A DNA stretch of 64,000 nucleotides from Eledone cirrhosa (GCA_964016885.1 OZ024745.1:51832001-51896000); one strand, 5' to 3'. Positions 15,416 through 30,329 are shown, numbered from the stretch's first letter. A program made the numbers and translations. The notes: a model not told the origin generated them from the letters alone.

Positions 15416-15513
15416 GGTGTCGAGTTCGTGGTTGGTTGGCGTGGGGTGGAGTGGGTTGTCGATGTGGTAAGTGGGGAACTTGGGGCGGGTTGCGTGGGTG
15501 TTGTTATTAGTAT

Positions 15514-15690
15514 AATAATTGTTTATACTTTAGGCACAAAGGCCAGCAATTACCCAGTGCATTACTGGTACTTATTTTATCGACCCCGTAAGGATGAAAG
15601 GCAAAGTCAACCTCGGCGGGATTTGAACTCAGATCATAAAGGGACGTAACTATGCTGGAAAGCATGGCGTCTGACCCTCTAACGATAGCC
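15514..15690 (-). mobile_element. tRNA-derived SINE
   Basis: Matches the family consensus. Confidence 0.9.
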
Positions 15691-15950
15691 GTATAAACCC
15701 CTATCACGGACGAAATATACACTGATATTATACTAATTCCTGCTGCCAATAACCTGCGAAACATTTCTTTAATTTCTCATATTTTCAATTGCCACCGAAT
15801 ATATTAACACACGCGTTCATTTACACACACATACACACACTCAAACTCACACATAGACACACGCGCACGCACACACACACACACACACACACCCACACAT
15901 ATATGTAAATATATATGTGCTTATATTTATATATATATATATATAAATAT

Positions 15951-18178
15951 AAGTTCCCCACTTACCACCTCGACAACACACTCCACCCCACACCAACCAA
16001 CCACGAACTCGACACCAAACTCATTAGGTTAAAACACTCCATCTCTGATATCCTACACAACCCCCCCCCCTCCCGCGCGCACAACACACAACCTCACTAA
16101 ATCTCAACTCATCACTCTGTCCCACCTGAAATCGAGGAACCTCATCTACCTCCCCTCCGACAAGGGAAAATAATTCTGCGTCATCAGCAGAGCGGCCTAC
16201 AACACCCTGGCCCTCCAACGCCTTGACGATGACAACCTCTACTCCAAGTCACAGGAATCACTCCGCGCAGATCGAGGAGCACATCAACGCCAGCTGGACC
16301 AAAATCTGTGACCGGCGGAAGCTCCCGAAGAAGCTCAGATACAACCTCCTCACGAGGAAAAAGCAGACTACCCGCCTTCTACCACCTTGTGAAAATACAC
16401 AAACAGGGACCCGACCTGAAGATCAGACCTATTGTATCGAGCGTGGAAGGAGCGCTCTATAAAACTTCATGGCTCATAGCCAGAATATTTAAACTCCTAC
16501 TGAACACCTTGCCGGGACACGTAAACAGCTCCGAGGAGGTGTTGGAGCGCCTACATTAGATGGATCCCGACACCAGAACGGCTAACAGGTATGCCTTCAG
16601 CATTGATGTCGCCGCTCTTTACACCTCGGTCCCGGCGTTCCCGGCCATTGATATATTGATGGAACGCGTTCAATCTACCTACCTACACTGCTCGGGCTCA
16701 CCCCCACTGACATCCACCAGCTCCTATCCGTCGTCATTGACAACACGTATTTCAGTTTTCTCGACCAAACAGACCGGCAAGCCTCGGGGCTACCCATGGG
16801 CTCAAGCCTGTCGGGTGTGCTAGCTATCGCATACATGGACAGCCTCGAGCGCAAGGCACTCAACACCTGCCACCCCAACGCCGTCGCCTTTTTCTTAAGG
16901 TACATGGACGACATCCTCATCGTCACATCTTCCAGGAGATGGCGAGCGGAATTTATGACACGGACGAGAATATTGATTTCAGTGTTGAACACCCCAACGA
17001 CGACAGGTCCCTTGCCCTCCTCGACTTCCGAATTAACATCACGAAGCAGGGAGGGATCCACACCAACTTCTACCGTAAGACAGCCTGCAGTGACTTGTTC
17101 GTCCACTACAAGTCTGCCATCCCTAACAGTGCTAAAGAGCGTTGATCACGCGAATTAAAAACAGATGTAGCGATCCCGTGAGTGGTGTCACCCATACCAA
17201 GCGGTTCCTCAGGGTGTTGGAGACTAACGGATACCCAGCCTCGCTTACAAACAGAGTAAGAGACACCAGACACAAGAGGCATAGAAACACCCAAGGCAAG
17301 TTCTTCCTTAAAATCCCGCACCTGGGCGAGAGAACAACCAACGCTATTCGCAGGGCTATACGGAGTGAGGGCCTCGACATCCACCTGGCCCACTCGGGCC
17401 CCTCCCTACGGAGATGCCTCTCCAGGAAATCAGGGAAATTGAGTGACATGTGTTCCCTCAGAAACTCTCCGATGCGGCAAACGAACTGTTGCTTAAGCAC
17501 ATACGTTGTATACAGGGTAGAATGTGACAAGTGCAAACACTACTATATCGGTAGTACAATCCGGCCGCTACATATCCGGATCAAGGAGCACATCCACACC
17601 AGGGCCTCGTCTTTCCAGAATTACATAACCAAATGCGGAAACAAAGACGGAAGGCCCATTGCCACAGTGCTAGCGACAGAACGCAACGTCGGCACGTTAC
17701 GAATCAAGGAAGCACTTTGGATTAAACGCCTAGGACCACAAATAAATAACCGATCCGAGAGAAGCGAGACTAGGTGGCTGGTGTAAACAAACGAGACGAC
17801 AGCACACGCACACACACAGTGGCATTCGAACGATTGTTATTGTGTGTATAGCGCCCCCACCATCCACCAACCAACAAGCGACCAGACAGACTACTACACT
17901 ACCAGTAACACAGACTGAAAATAAGTAATACAATGGATTGACAGCTAGCACCATCCCACCCCCACAATAAAGAGGAGCTGCCTCGACCTTTGGTTGAGCG
18001 CACCTATTCCGCGCGCACGTGCGCTCTACAGAATAACTCAGTTACATACAAACGGCAGACAAAAGAGGCCACGTACCCTTACCCTCCGACAGATAACTTT
18101 ACCATTCGGAAAATCCCCCATTTGATGGATGCGAAATCCGAAATATAGGGACAATTACATCTCGGCCAAGGTAACTCT
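15951..18178 (+). mobile_element. Penelope-like retroelement (RT plus C-terminal GIY-YIG), frameshifted; 3' region probably resumes at ~20514-20720 after the RTE insertion
   Basis: LPAFYHLVKIHK..IRPIVSS, SIDVAALYTSVP, MGSSLSGVLA, RYMDD, then VVYRVECDKCKHYYIGSTIRPLHIRIKEH in ORF 17142-17786. Confidence 0.9.
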
Positions 18179-20501
18179 TGGTCCTGTGGTCGTTCGAAGC
18201 CCATATGACCTCGTGGATGTTCTTGTGGTAAAATAGTGACGAGCCGATTTTCATATTGTTCATGGCACAGAACTGGACAAACCTGTCTCCGTTGTCAGTG
18301 CGGTTTCCATAAGCATGGGGGCAAAGGACATGTTCAAAGTCAACCCTGCTTCCCCGGATCTGTGCGTTCATGTCTTCCATGATGATCAGGATGTCATGAC
18401 GTGGGGCTTTGTTGACAACATCTTGCAGTTGCTGGTAGAAAGCATCCTTGTCATCGTCGTTATGTTCGTTGGTTGGAGCATAGCACTGAGCTATGGTGAC
18501 CTTTGCATGGGAAGTGGTGAATCTTGCTGTCATTAGGCGTTCGTTGATAGGAGTCCACTCCTCAAGGGAACTACTGGCAGCCCTGTCCATGATGATTGCA
18601 ACTCCATCTCGGTGGGTCCCGACCTGACGGCCTGAGAACAGGATGGTCTTGTTTTCATGGACAAACTTCCCAGAGACAGTCCAGCGGACCTCGCTGAGGC
18701 CCAGGATGTTAATTTTGTAGGCTTCCATTTCTCCGATAACTTGCGCAAGTTTGGATGGTTGGTACAGATTTATTATATTCCAATATCCAATACGCGTGGT
18801 TGTTTTTGCAGACAGAATTCTGGTCCTCAGGATGTCGGCTTCCTCATCGAGACTTTCGCCGACACACGTCATACAATCTCCGGTTAGAGACAACCGTTCT
18901 CCTGACTGCTTGGAATTTGAATCTGATGCACTGTGAATTGTTTTCGTAGCAGGAGAGTTTTTCCGGGAACAGGTCACTGACCTGAAGCCCAACCACTGAC
19001 ATTTAGTAAAGAGACAGTAAGTGGAGTAGTCTCTGGTAGAACTGCAAACCGACGGCCACGGAATATGGTGTGGGTCGCCTTCAGTCCTGGACCGGTGCCG
19101 AGGGAGGATTTCCTTCTGCTTTAACCAGTGGCTTCCTTGTTGAAGCTCATACGCCTAGTGGTGCCGTGTCAACACCACCTCCTCTCGTGGTTCAGTCCAC
19201 CAGCTGAAGTGGTGTGCTGGGGCATGGCGCTTGGAGCCACACGTGAGAGATTTAGGGGATGGGTGGGGGCTGGTGATGACAGACCACCCTACCAGTTAGG
19301 GTGCAGCTGTCAACCATCAAGGGTGCTACCCCTGCCCAAATCCCCTATGCCCCATACGCCGCATAATTGAGAGGTAAAACAAATTCCAGAGGCCCCTCGC
19401 CATCAGCTTCATCGATTTCTCCAAAGTATTCGATAGCATTCATCGACCGTCAGTCTGGAGCATCATGCATGACTATGGTCTGCCCCAGAAAGTCATTTCG
19501 GCAATCAAACAGATTTACGCAAACTCCAAGTGCTGCATACGGACAGAGGATGGTTACAGTGACTGGTTTGAGGTGGTTACTGGCGTGCGTCAAGGTTGCT
19601 CGCTCTCTCCAATTCTCTTTGTCATGACCATTGACTGGGTACTAAGAAGAGCGTCTAAAGACCAGGGTATATCTTGGGTGGGAGAGCAAAACTTGTCTGA
19701 CCTGGACTCTGCGGACGATATTGCTGCACTTGCAGAGAGCACAGCTAACCGGCAAATCATTGTGAACAATATCAATGACGAAGCAGGAAGCTTATGTCTC
19801 AATATCAGTGCCAAGAAGACCAAAAGCATGTTATCTGGGACACACCCATCACCAACTAGTGTCTTCATTTAACAGGGGGAGATGGAGATAGTTGACAACT
19901 TCACTTACCTAGGAAGCTCCATTAACAATGATGGCTCCATGGACAGTGAACTGCAATGTAGAATGGGAAAAGACTTCAGCAGCATTTAACCAGCTTGAGA
20001 ACAGATCTGGAAAAGCAGGAAGTTCACCCTCAAAACAAAGATGATATTCTACAACAGCAACGTGCTCTCCACACTCTTGTAGAGAAGTGAAACATGGCAC
20101 CTTAAGAGCAACCAAGAGAAGAAGTTGGACGCATTCGATTCCAGGTGTCTACGAAAGATCCTGGAGATTAAATGGAGTGACCATGTAACAAACCAGGAAG
20201 TCAGGAACGGAAACAACCAGCAGCTAGTCTCTTCTATTATCTGCAAGCGACGCCTGGGCTAGTTTGGACACGCTTTGAGACTTCCCCCGGAGAGACTGGC
20301 GAACCAAGTACTTAAATGGAGCCCGCAGGGAAGCAGACGTAGAGGGCGACCCAATATGAACTGGCGCCAGACAGTTGAGAGGGACCTGTGACCGATAATT
20401 AGACAATGGCAGGACGCTGTGCAACTGGCTGCTGACCAAACGCGATGGAACACTATGATTGCCTCATGCGTCGCAAGACGCGGGAGCTTCTGAGTCTGAG
20501 T
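18179..20501. mobile_element. RTE-clade LINE with inverted 5' part (5'UTR plus APE on - strand, 18179-~19366) and RT/3' end on + strand (~19367-20501)
   Basis: APE motifs IGYWN..GLSEVRW..QCYAPTN..DMNAQ; RT motifs GVRQGCSLSP, ADDI; tail CTGAGTCTGAGT; TSD CAAGGTAACTCT at 18167-18178 and 20502-20513. Confidence 0.9.
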
Positions 20502-20735
20502 CAAGGTAACTCTATCTCGTGTTATTATTTTTAGTTTTTACGCTCTTCCTACGTTACCATACACACTATACATCTCATTCTACATTTCATCTCACATCTC
20601 TCTCTCCACCACCGGATTCTGTTACCCGGAAATTTACCCATCTGCATTGTTGAGGCTTCCCAAACATTCAAACAATTTATTTAGTCAAAATACGATGAAT
20701 ATCTTCTAATTTAATAAAAGAAATGCACATACACA

Positions 20736-20989
<254 letters not shown>

Positions 20990-21002
20990 CATATATATAT
21001 AT

Positions 21003-21931
21003 ACTATAGAGTAAAGCATGTCCAGAGAATTATTTGATAATATATATACATCATCTCTAACCACACAAAAAATCAATTAGTCCAGGCTTTAAGAATAAAA
21101 GGCTCCTGTGAAGAAATAGTAAATAAGTACGCCACAGCGGCATCTTCGCGTCCAACCGCTATAGAATATTTACCCAACATTTCAACAGCACGTGGAAATT
21201 AATTCAATATACGGTCAACCCTACATAATTAGGTAAAATTAAAGTTAGAAATGCATATATACATACCAGGATTAAATAACTAAATCCCGACACATGGGTT
21301 TCGCTCACTTTTGAGATACCTTATTAAGGATAAATCTCGAGTTTTAGAGCTCTTCAGGGCACAAACTCGCTAGGACAGATTATTTTCCGAAGTGGCCCAC
21401 GCCAAACACGAATTCAAAATGGTTGAGAACTGTGACGTGGCAGTGGTCAAGTGAGGAAGGGTGTGATTGGTTGCTTACGGCGAGTGGGCTGGTTGCTAGA
21501 AAGCGCAGCCCAATATCGCCCAAATTGTATCTCAACCTTATGGGAGATTATTAAATATAAATATTTACACATACACCAATTAAACAAAGTCACAGGTATA
21601 TATGTGATTTGGCAACCATTCACGATGTGGCTCAATGAAGGATTAATAAATTAAACAATCAGAGCGAAATACTATAGAGTAAAACATGTCCAGAGAATTA
21701 TTTGATAATATATATACATAATCTCTACTCCCAATCAGCATAATTAACCCCACCAAAAAATCAATTAGACCAGGCTTTAAGAATAAAAGGCTCCTATCAG
21801 GAAACAGTAAATAAGTACGCCACAGCGGCGTCTTCGCGTCCAACCGCTATAGAATATTTACCCAACATTTCAATAGCACGTGGAAATTAATTAAATGTAC
21901 GGTCAACCCTACATAATTAGGTAAAATTAAA
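21003..21931 (-). mobile_element. Family C non-coding hammerhead element: 668-bp unit plus ~260-bp direct repeat, between (TA)n tracts
   Basis: ACTATAGAGTAAA recurs at 21003 and 21671 with colinear homology; no credible ORF. Confidence 0.8.
21284..21362 (-). ncRNA. Type I hammerhead ribozyme (family C)
   Basis: Minus strand: GTGCC-CTGAAGA-GCTC...GAGAT..CCTTAATAAGG..ATCTC...GAGC-GAAA-CCCATGTG-TC-GGGAT; stem I is weak. Confidence 0.7.
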
Positions 21932-21968
21932 ATATAAAGATATATAAATATATATATATATATATATA

Positions 21969-22170
21969 CGTTATTCCGGGTTGAATCGGAGGTAACCACA
22001 GTAAGTAAGGTACTCAATACATAGCAGAGTATAAAAGTTTTAATATAGATGAGATTCTACAGGACTAGAACTGTTTCATTCATTAGAAATCATCAGGGAT
22101 CAGGGATTCCTGATGATTTCTAATGAATGAAACAGTTCTAGTCCTGTAGAATCTCATCTATATTAAAACT
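21969..22170. mobile_element. Fold-back element (near-perfect palindrome 22036-22170) with hammerhead-like core, between (TA)n tracts
   Basis: ~63-bp arms; each arm reads CTGATGA-TTTCTAATGAAT-GAAAC outward from the centre. Confidence 0.7.
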
Positions 22171-22190
22171 ATATATATATATATATATAT

Positions 22191-22357
22191 AACGAAGGAA
22201 ATGTGGTAAGGAACCAGGTGGACCATAACGCACCAAAGTACTCAATACTTAGGGTAGTAGAGTGGGTAATAGGAACGAGTAGGACCCCGGCGGCCGAGCT
22301 CAAGTCGTTTCGACGGCTAATCCTGTCGAAACGGCTTGAGCCATAATCCTACTCGTT

Positions 22358-22360
<3 letters not shown>
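22191..22360. mobile_element. Family B short fold-back insertion
   Basis: Long arm on - strand, short inverted arm ending TTCCT-ATAT. Confidence 0.85.
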
Positions 22361-22738
<378 letters not shown>

Positions 22739-23341
22739 CTTTTTTCCTGTAGCAATAGTATTTTCTCTGTTGCCTCTTGTCATATAACTGAGATTCAGGA
22801 AGATTCTTATCAAACGTTGTATTTTTAGGGCAGGTTTACTGTGCAAAGTAGATCACTCAACCGAGATCAACCGGGATAGCAAGGTAAGTAAATCTGTTTT
22901 TTCCTTATTGCGCTCTATTCCAAGTCAGTTATATGGAACTTATCCCAAACACATGTACATGACTACTGGGACGTTATATACGTAGTAAGTAGAGCACTCT
23001 CACCGTCTGCCGAAAATTATGTGTGTTGTATTCTTATAGAATTCCAGTAACAATCAGGAACTGATTTTACAGAGTGGACACCGGCCCAGCAGAAATTGAA
23101 AATTAGAAGTTTCGGCAGACGGGGAGAGTAGTGAGTTTTGGTAAGTACCAAATAGTACGAAACAGCGCTGTCAACTTATCTCCCCCCCTCCCCATCTGCC
23201 GAAAATGTAAGTAAGCGACAACGTCGCTACTTTAAAACAATAGCGTATGGTCTTCAAAATAATTTTAATTAAGCATACAGTGTATTGCAAAATACACTAT
23301 ATATTCATTCATATATATATATCGCTATTTCAGAGCACCAA

Positions 23342-23414
<73 letters not shown>

Positions 23415-23756
23415 GTGTGTGTGTTTGTGTGTGTGTGTTCTGGGTGTCTTTATGCATGTGTTTGTGAATAGTAATATCCATACTTAGAACAACATTTATA
23501 TTATTCTCCTCCACAAACGTCTATAAAGATGACGAAATCTGTAAAATTGATAAAGCATTGATCATTAACATATATTGGAATCGAATATTCAATCAAAGAA
23601 TATATAAATAAAAACCATGTCACAAATCACTCGTCAAACTACACAAACACCACATATATTGATCAAATATAAACAAATATCAAAACAGGTGTAGAAATCA
23701 TCAAAACACTCACAATGAGTAATACAGTAATCAATAACTTACTACCAATAATACAC

Positions 23757-23950
23757 TAATAATTGTTTCTACTTTTGGCACAAGGCCAGCAATTACACAG
23801 TGCATTACTGATACTTTATTTTATCGACCCCGTAAGGATGAAAGGCAAAGTTAACCTCGGCGGAATTCGAACTCAGAATGGCAAGGGCCTTAACTCTATG
23901 CGTCAAAGCATAGCGTCCGTCCCTCTACCGATACTGCCAATACACCGCCC
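23757..23950 (-). mobile_element. tRNA-derived SINE
   Basis: Matches the family consensus. Confidence 0.9.
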
Positions 23951-24112
23951 TATAATGCAATAATAATCAAAATATTTACTACGTGTATATATGTGTCTGA
24001 GTTAGAGGACAAACATCTAATGTGTGTCATAAATTCTTTTTAGAAAATAGTTTTAAAATTAATGTAAGTAATTAACGCATTGGCTATGAAAGTTAAATAT
24101 TGTGAATGATGA

Positions 24113-24260
24113 CTAGGCGTTTACACAAAAACACAACACATACAAAATCTAGGCGTTTACCCCAACACACAACACATACAAAATCTAGGGGTTTACTCCA
24201 ACACACAACACATACAAAATCTAGGCGTTTACTCCAACACACAACACATATAAAATCTAG
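24113..24260. repeat. Minisatellite, 36-bp unit x4
   Basis: CTAGGCGTTTACTCCAACACACAACACATACAAAAT units start at 24113, 24149, 24185 and 24221. Confidence 0.9.
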
Positions 24261-25630
24261 ATAGTATAAAACATTATAGAATTCGAAAATTGACGTTGAT
24301 ATATGGAAGCAATATTTATATCGGAATACAATGCCAGAATCAACACACAAACCGCAATACAATGATAATGGCACAAGCAGTATACGACCAAAATATAATA
24401 AGGAAGACAGAAGATGTATAATTCTAAGGAACAAGCTACAAATTCAGATCAGCATTATTTCTGCAGAATTGATGCAATATTTTCCACATAATATACATGA
24501 TGTATTGCTTACGGTGACGTTTGAGATAATATTTTCAGCTTTTCAAGCTGACGCAAATTCATGACGGAAAACACCATCTTATTGGTAAATGTATGCCTCT
24601 GTTTATTTGTGCATATGAAAATATTCATATATGTGTATAAATGTATCAGATTTAGTGAAAATATGTGTGAGTCTCTTGGTTATGTCTTTATTCACGTGTA
24701 CACATGTACATAAATAAATAATAACTATTTATCTGAGAATTGATATGCATTTCATATGTAGGTTTCTGTAAATATAATCATTTATTTTCATGTTACATAC
24801 TTTTCCCCTAACTAAGAGTGTATTTATTAATTTCACTATTTTTTTTATGTTGGAAGAAAATATTTCTCATTCATATTGTAGGTGGAGATGTCATGTTTTT
24901 ACATACGAACTGCATAAACTTATTATGTGAAATGTATTGTTTGAGCGTTAATATATCGGAACATGCTTTAGAAACCCATTTCACGATGAGAAAATCAATA
25001 TGTCCATTGACTTAGTGAATTATTTGACCGCATGCTCTGGGTAACGTTAATATATTATTTATTTATTTATTTTAGGCTAGAGAATACAAAATAATAATAT
25101 TTTCTCTAATGCATTGCGGAATTATAATATTTAGAAAAAAAAATGCAATTTGGTTTCTTTTCACTTATGTCGTTGCTGATATAATTATATTACTATTGGA
25201 AACATGTTTTGATTATTTGCAGTATAACAAACAACGCATTGTAAAATTTTCTCTGCATTCTGCAAACATTTCCATATCTTAGCTAACAGCAATTAGACGT
25301 AAATATATATTCTATACAGAATTAACCAGAGAAAATATACCGACTGCAACGCACAATTCTAAAGAACTACTCTTAAATGGAAACAAAAAAAATTATTTTC
25401 TGCATATAAACACATATATACATACATACATACATACACACAAACACACACACACATATATATATGTATATATATATATGTATATACATACATATATATA
25501 TATATACATATATATACATATGCATATATGCATATATATGTACACACACACACGTATATATATATATATATATGACTACACACCCACACAAACACACAAA
25601 CATACAGAGAGAGCACATACCACACACATC

Positions 25631-25661
<31 letters not shown>

Positions 25662-26449
25662 TTTTGGGGTGTTGTATGTGTGTGTGTGTATTACGTGTGA
25701 ATAATGTTCAGATTTGTCCTTCGGCCCCGTTACTCCTATTCCTGATCTACATATAAATACCATTATTATAATATACATATGCGCATGTTATTGTTGAAAC
25801 CTTAATTCACTTATTTTCCCTTCACTTCACTTCACACTCTGCTTATGTCCCTCCTTCCTCCGGTACTATATGGTTCTAATGAATGCATAACGATTCCACA
25901 TATCCTCACGTTGTTTGAAGTTGTTTTTTGCGCTATCATTATAATCGTTAAACTGTGAATTGTTCTGATGCAACAGTAGTGAATTCTTGTAGTTTCAATA
26001 TTTTCCTTTAGAGATCGCACTGCGAAATATGCTAGAATGTGTGTACAATTTAATGTTCAATATGTATATATTAACTTTCTATATGCAGAGAAGCGTCCCA
26101 TACAATTCATGATATTTTTATATTGAGAGCCTAATGAGTCGGATTTTCTGAATTAGAAGATCGTCGGAGAGATCGTTGCAGAGATCACACTTTGCTTTCC
26201 ATCATTCTGTGCTCAATAAAATAAACTATCAGTTACTTGAAGACTCATTTTTAATGGCATTTTTCTCATATGTGCGTACTATTTCTTATTATCTGAGGAA
26301 AAGGCAGGCTGGAATCTTTGCTTCAAGTGCAGACTTTAGTGATTTAGAGATGGCTCACTTACAGAACAGAAGTTTATTGTTTGTTTGTAGAGAGCTGGGA
26401 GCAATTGCGATATTTGTACAGCAGTAGTCAGATCTAAAATAACCGCCCA

Positions 26450-27060
26450 GTCTCCTAGTATCAAAACTCGAAAGGTGTAGAAAATGTGCGATAAGAATCC
26501 CCAAAGGCTAATTATACATAGCGTATCGGAAGAATGTTACATAAAGACCTTCGATACGAATCATATATAATGCGTAGATTCATATTTACAAAGAGGAGAG
26601 ATTTTCGAGTAATTTCAAACATCAAGAAGCAGCTATGTCTGTTTTCTCTTATCATAAAAAAATAATTGATGAGGTCCAAAATACCAACCGAAAGAATGAC
26701 ACATGGTTATGAAGAATGCCAAAAGATGTTCCAACGGCTATGTACACCAATATTTCGGAAACTGTGATGGTTCTGGGAACCGTGACCAGTGAGGGAGATG
26801 TCACGCCTCCTTATGTTTTTAATCAAGGCTTAAAAAATCAATGTTGTTGATTATAATGAGCTGCTGGAGAGGATTCTTAGGATTTGGATAGAAATAAAGC
26901 TTGAGCAAAGAAAGACCAAACACCTACCAACAATACTCTGCACTGTAGCACGATGATAAGATGGCACAATAATGGATGAGTTACAATATCTTCGATCAAG
27001 TCATTCCAAACATATCGCTTCGCCTTTCTCCAAATCTGAATCAGATGGACTTCAAAGCCA
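26450..27060 (+). pseudogene. Decayed Tc1/mariner-superfamily transposase
   Basis: Manual translation gives NRKNDTWL, PKDVPTAMYT, TVMVLGTVTSEGDVTPPYVFNQGL, YQQYSA and SPNLNQMDF (compare WPPxSPDLNPxDY). Confidence 0.7.
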
Positions 27061-27586
27061 AAATGACCGATCTATAGACTTAAATCTTCTGCATGCGTGA
27101 CAAATGCAGTGACTATAGTGACAAACATACCAGCAAAGTAGGGCTTAGTCAAGAGGTAAATAAAACTATGGCTTCATAATACTTTAAAAGTATAATGAAG
27201 CAACACAAGTCTAATGTTTCAATATGTATTCATCATAAGAAATAAAATAAATGTGATCATTCACATTCAAGATATTAACGTAAAATGAGAGACTGCTCAG
27301 CCGAAATTTGAAATGTACAGATTTCGAAACTCTATAAAGACTGTTGACCAATAATCTGTCTATAGTGGTATATAAAGCTTCTTTATGAAATTGTTAATAT
27401 TTAGCATTATAAAAGAAGGTACATGTTTTTATGTGTCATTTAGCTCAATGATACAGCGCTCAGACTAAATTTGAAAGGTACAGTGTTCGAAAATATATAG
27501 CGGCTAGTGTTAAATTTTTCTGCCTATTTTTACCCGATTTCCTAATGCTGCTTTCACAGCTGTTCATTTTTCTCTCTCCCTCTGTA

Positions 27587-27627
<41 letters not shown>

Positions 27628-27630
<3 letters not shown>

Positions 27631-27828
27631 AACCAGTAAGACCCCGACAGCTGAGCTCAAGCCGTTTCGACGGCTAATTCTGGACTAATTGAGTCCAGAA
27701 TTAGCCGTCGAAACGGCTTGAGCTCAGCTGTCGGGGTCTTACTAGTTCCTATTACCCACTCTACTACCTCAAGTATTGAGTACTTTGGTGCGTTATGGTC
27801 CACCTGGTTCCTTACCACATTTCCTTCG

Positions 27829-27830
<2 letters not shown>
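27628..27830. mobile_element. Family B short fold-back insertion
   Basis: Near-perfect ~60-bp palindrome centred near 27689 plus a long-arm extension; (TA)n on both sides. Confidence 0.9.
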
Positions 27831-27865
<35 letters not shown>

Positions 27866-28335
27866 CAGAGGGAGAGGGAAAACTGAACAGCCGTGTATAT
27901 ATATATATATATATATATATATTCTAAAAATCTACCAACTATAAACAAACACTTTGGTGCATGGCGGCTACAAAATGATTAAAAAATAGAAACATATATC
28001 TTCTTCATATTTGCCAGTTTTTTCCCTTTTTCATTTTTCATTTGGCATCCGTTGATTTACCGGTGTTTTTTTCTCGCTTCGTAATTGTTTTTTTGTTTCT
28101 TAACTGAAAAGTGCAAAGGATACTATATACTTCTCCTAGACTGTCAGGCCTTACTAGCTGTATTGGGAGTCTTAAATTGATTATACACACACTCACACAC
28201 GCACACACGCATACACGCAAACACACACACACACATACACACCACATACACACAAATACACACACACATACATATATATATATATATGTGTATATGTGTG
28301 TGTATCTGTGTGTGTGTGTGTGTGTGCGTGTGCGT

Positions 28336-28368
<33 letters not shown>

Positions 28369-29594
28369 CATATGGCTATATTGAGAGAAGAAGACCCATT
28401 GTTTGATAAAGCAGTTTCTTTTTTGATGAATTACACTGGCTGTATACCTTTTGACATATTATAACCTTTTAAAAGGAAACTGGTTTTCTTTGCAAACACA
28501 AGTGCAAACTACATAAGCATATTTCAAGATTTATTCTTTAATTTTAATTGATATTTATTTATTTTTTTGCCCCATAGTGTGACTTTATTCTGCAATCTCT
28601 AGATAAACGTCTATTTTTTTAAAAATGTATACATATATTTGAAGTGGATTGAAAATAGAACAAAGACATACTATAATGTAAACATCATGCTATGTATAAT
28701 TACGATTGATGAAGTTTAAATAATGTTTTATGTGTTTTCCCTGTGCGGAATGAAAATAACTACAGAAAAATATATTCAATCCCATGTAGGATAGAACAAT
28801 CATCTCGTAATTTATTTCTAAATAATAATATTTTGACTTTTTGCCAATCTGCAGTTTGTATTGGGAATTAATAATCACAAATCACTCATTTAGATTTTCG
28901 ATGTTTATTTTTTTTTTTATGCTTATTTTTTTTTCCTTTCTTATCTGATGACAGGTACCAACTGGGAATGTTATTTGTTACTGTGATAATGAAATTCACA
29001 CAAATAATTGCTATACACTATGTGATATTGTATCTAAAGCAATCAATGTATATTTATTTCACACCAATCTGCTGAATATTCTCAGAACAAAAATACATCG
29101 ACGTAATATGTCCTAATCATAGGAATCCATCAATAGTAGTTTTTAATTTTGAATATCTCTAGTAAACATTTTGTATAGTGATCAGTATAGAAACTGTATA
29201 AAATTTATGATAAACCCGATGTTTTAATATAGGAATATTACATAGAACAACGCTTTATCCAATGTGTAATCCTCATATATAAATGAGACAACGGTAATTC
29301 GAAGGCTGTTTATGTGCAATATATTTATGTGCGCGCGCATGTGTGTTTGTATGTATCAGCTATTCCTAATATATTTCTTCGATAGCGAGGATATCCATTT
29401 GTTTAGTATATATAAAGGTATGATATATGTGTATATTTTATGCTTTAATATGCACCTATACATGCATATATATACAGCTGTTGAAATGGCAAGGATTCAG
29501 CCGTTGGTTCCCGTTATTTATAATATAGGCATGCTCTACTGTGTTGATTAATAGTCTACCTAGTTTTAAAGAAGATATGTCCTGATATAAATAA

Positions 29595-29645
<51 letters not shown>

Positions 29646-29947
29646 CATACACACACACACATATATATACATAAAGAGGAAATTAAAAGATGGTTAAAAA
29701 AGTTCCATATATTTTATTATACGCATTTCCAAAGCAACATCATCCTGGGACAAAAATTGTGCTCTCATCAGATAAAATAAGGTAACATGATATGAGGCCT
29801 AAAAATACTTGTGAACAAGAAAGTGTTCAATTACTCACCTCCTACACACATATATATATTTATATGTGTGTGTGTGTGTGTGTAATGTGAGTTTTTCGAA
29901 TATTAATAATAACATTCGATTCGTTTGCAATTATGTAAACAAGGGTC

Positions 29948-30007
<60 letters not shown>

Positions 30008-30044
30008 TATATATATATATATAGTATATATATACATATATATA

Positions 30045-30113
<69 letters not shown>

Positions 30114-30329
30114 GTATATATTATATATATATATTCCTTTACATTTACTATGGAAATACTTAACACCCATGCACACGCGTGCACCCGCACACGCACACAC
30201 ACGCACATACACACACACACACACACCTATATATATATATAGAGAGAGATATACACGATGTTTGTCAGGATAGGGATTGGCCTGTTGCATCCCTAACAGT
30301 TTCTCAATTTTAGTCTGTCGTGTAATAGG

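Noticed and set aside
18993-19366. HDV-like ribozyme in the RTE 5'UTR
   Set aside because: Plausible for RTE elements, but the nested double pseudoknot could not be identified by eye.
22995-23210. CTCTCACCGTCTGCCGAAA inverted/direct motifs as a distinct element
   Set aside because: Short imperfect arms only; cannot be classified from this window.
24113-24260. 36-bp repeats as a CRISPR array
   Set aside because: Contiguous units with no spacers, no cas genes, eukaryotic context.
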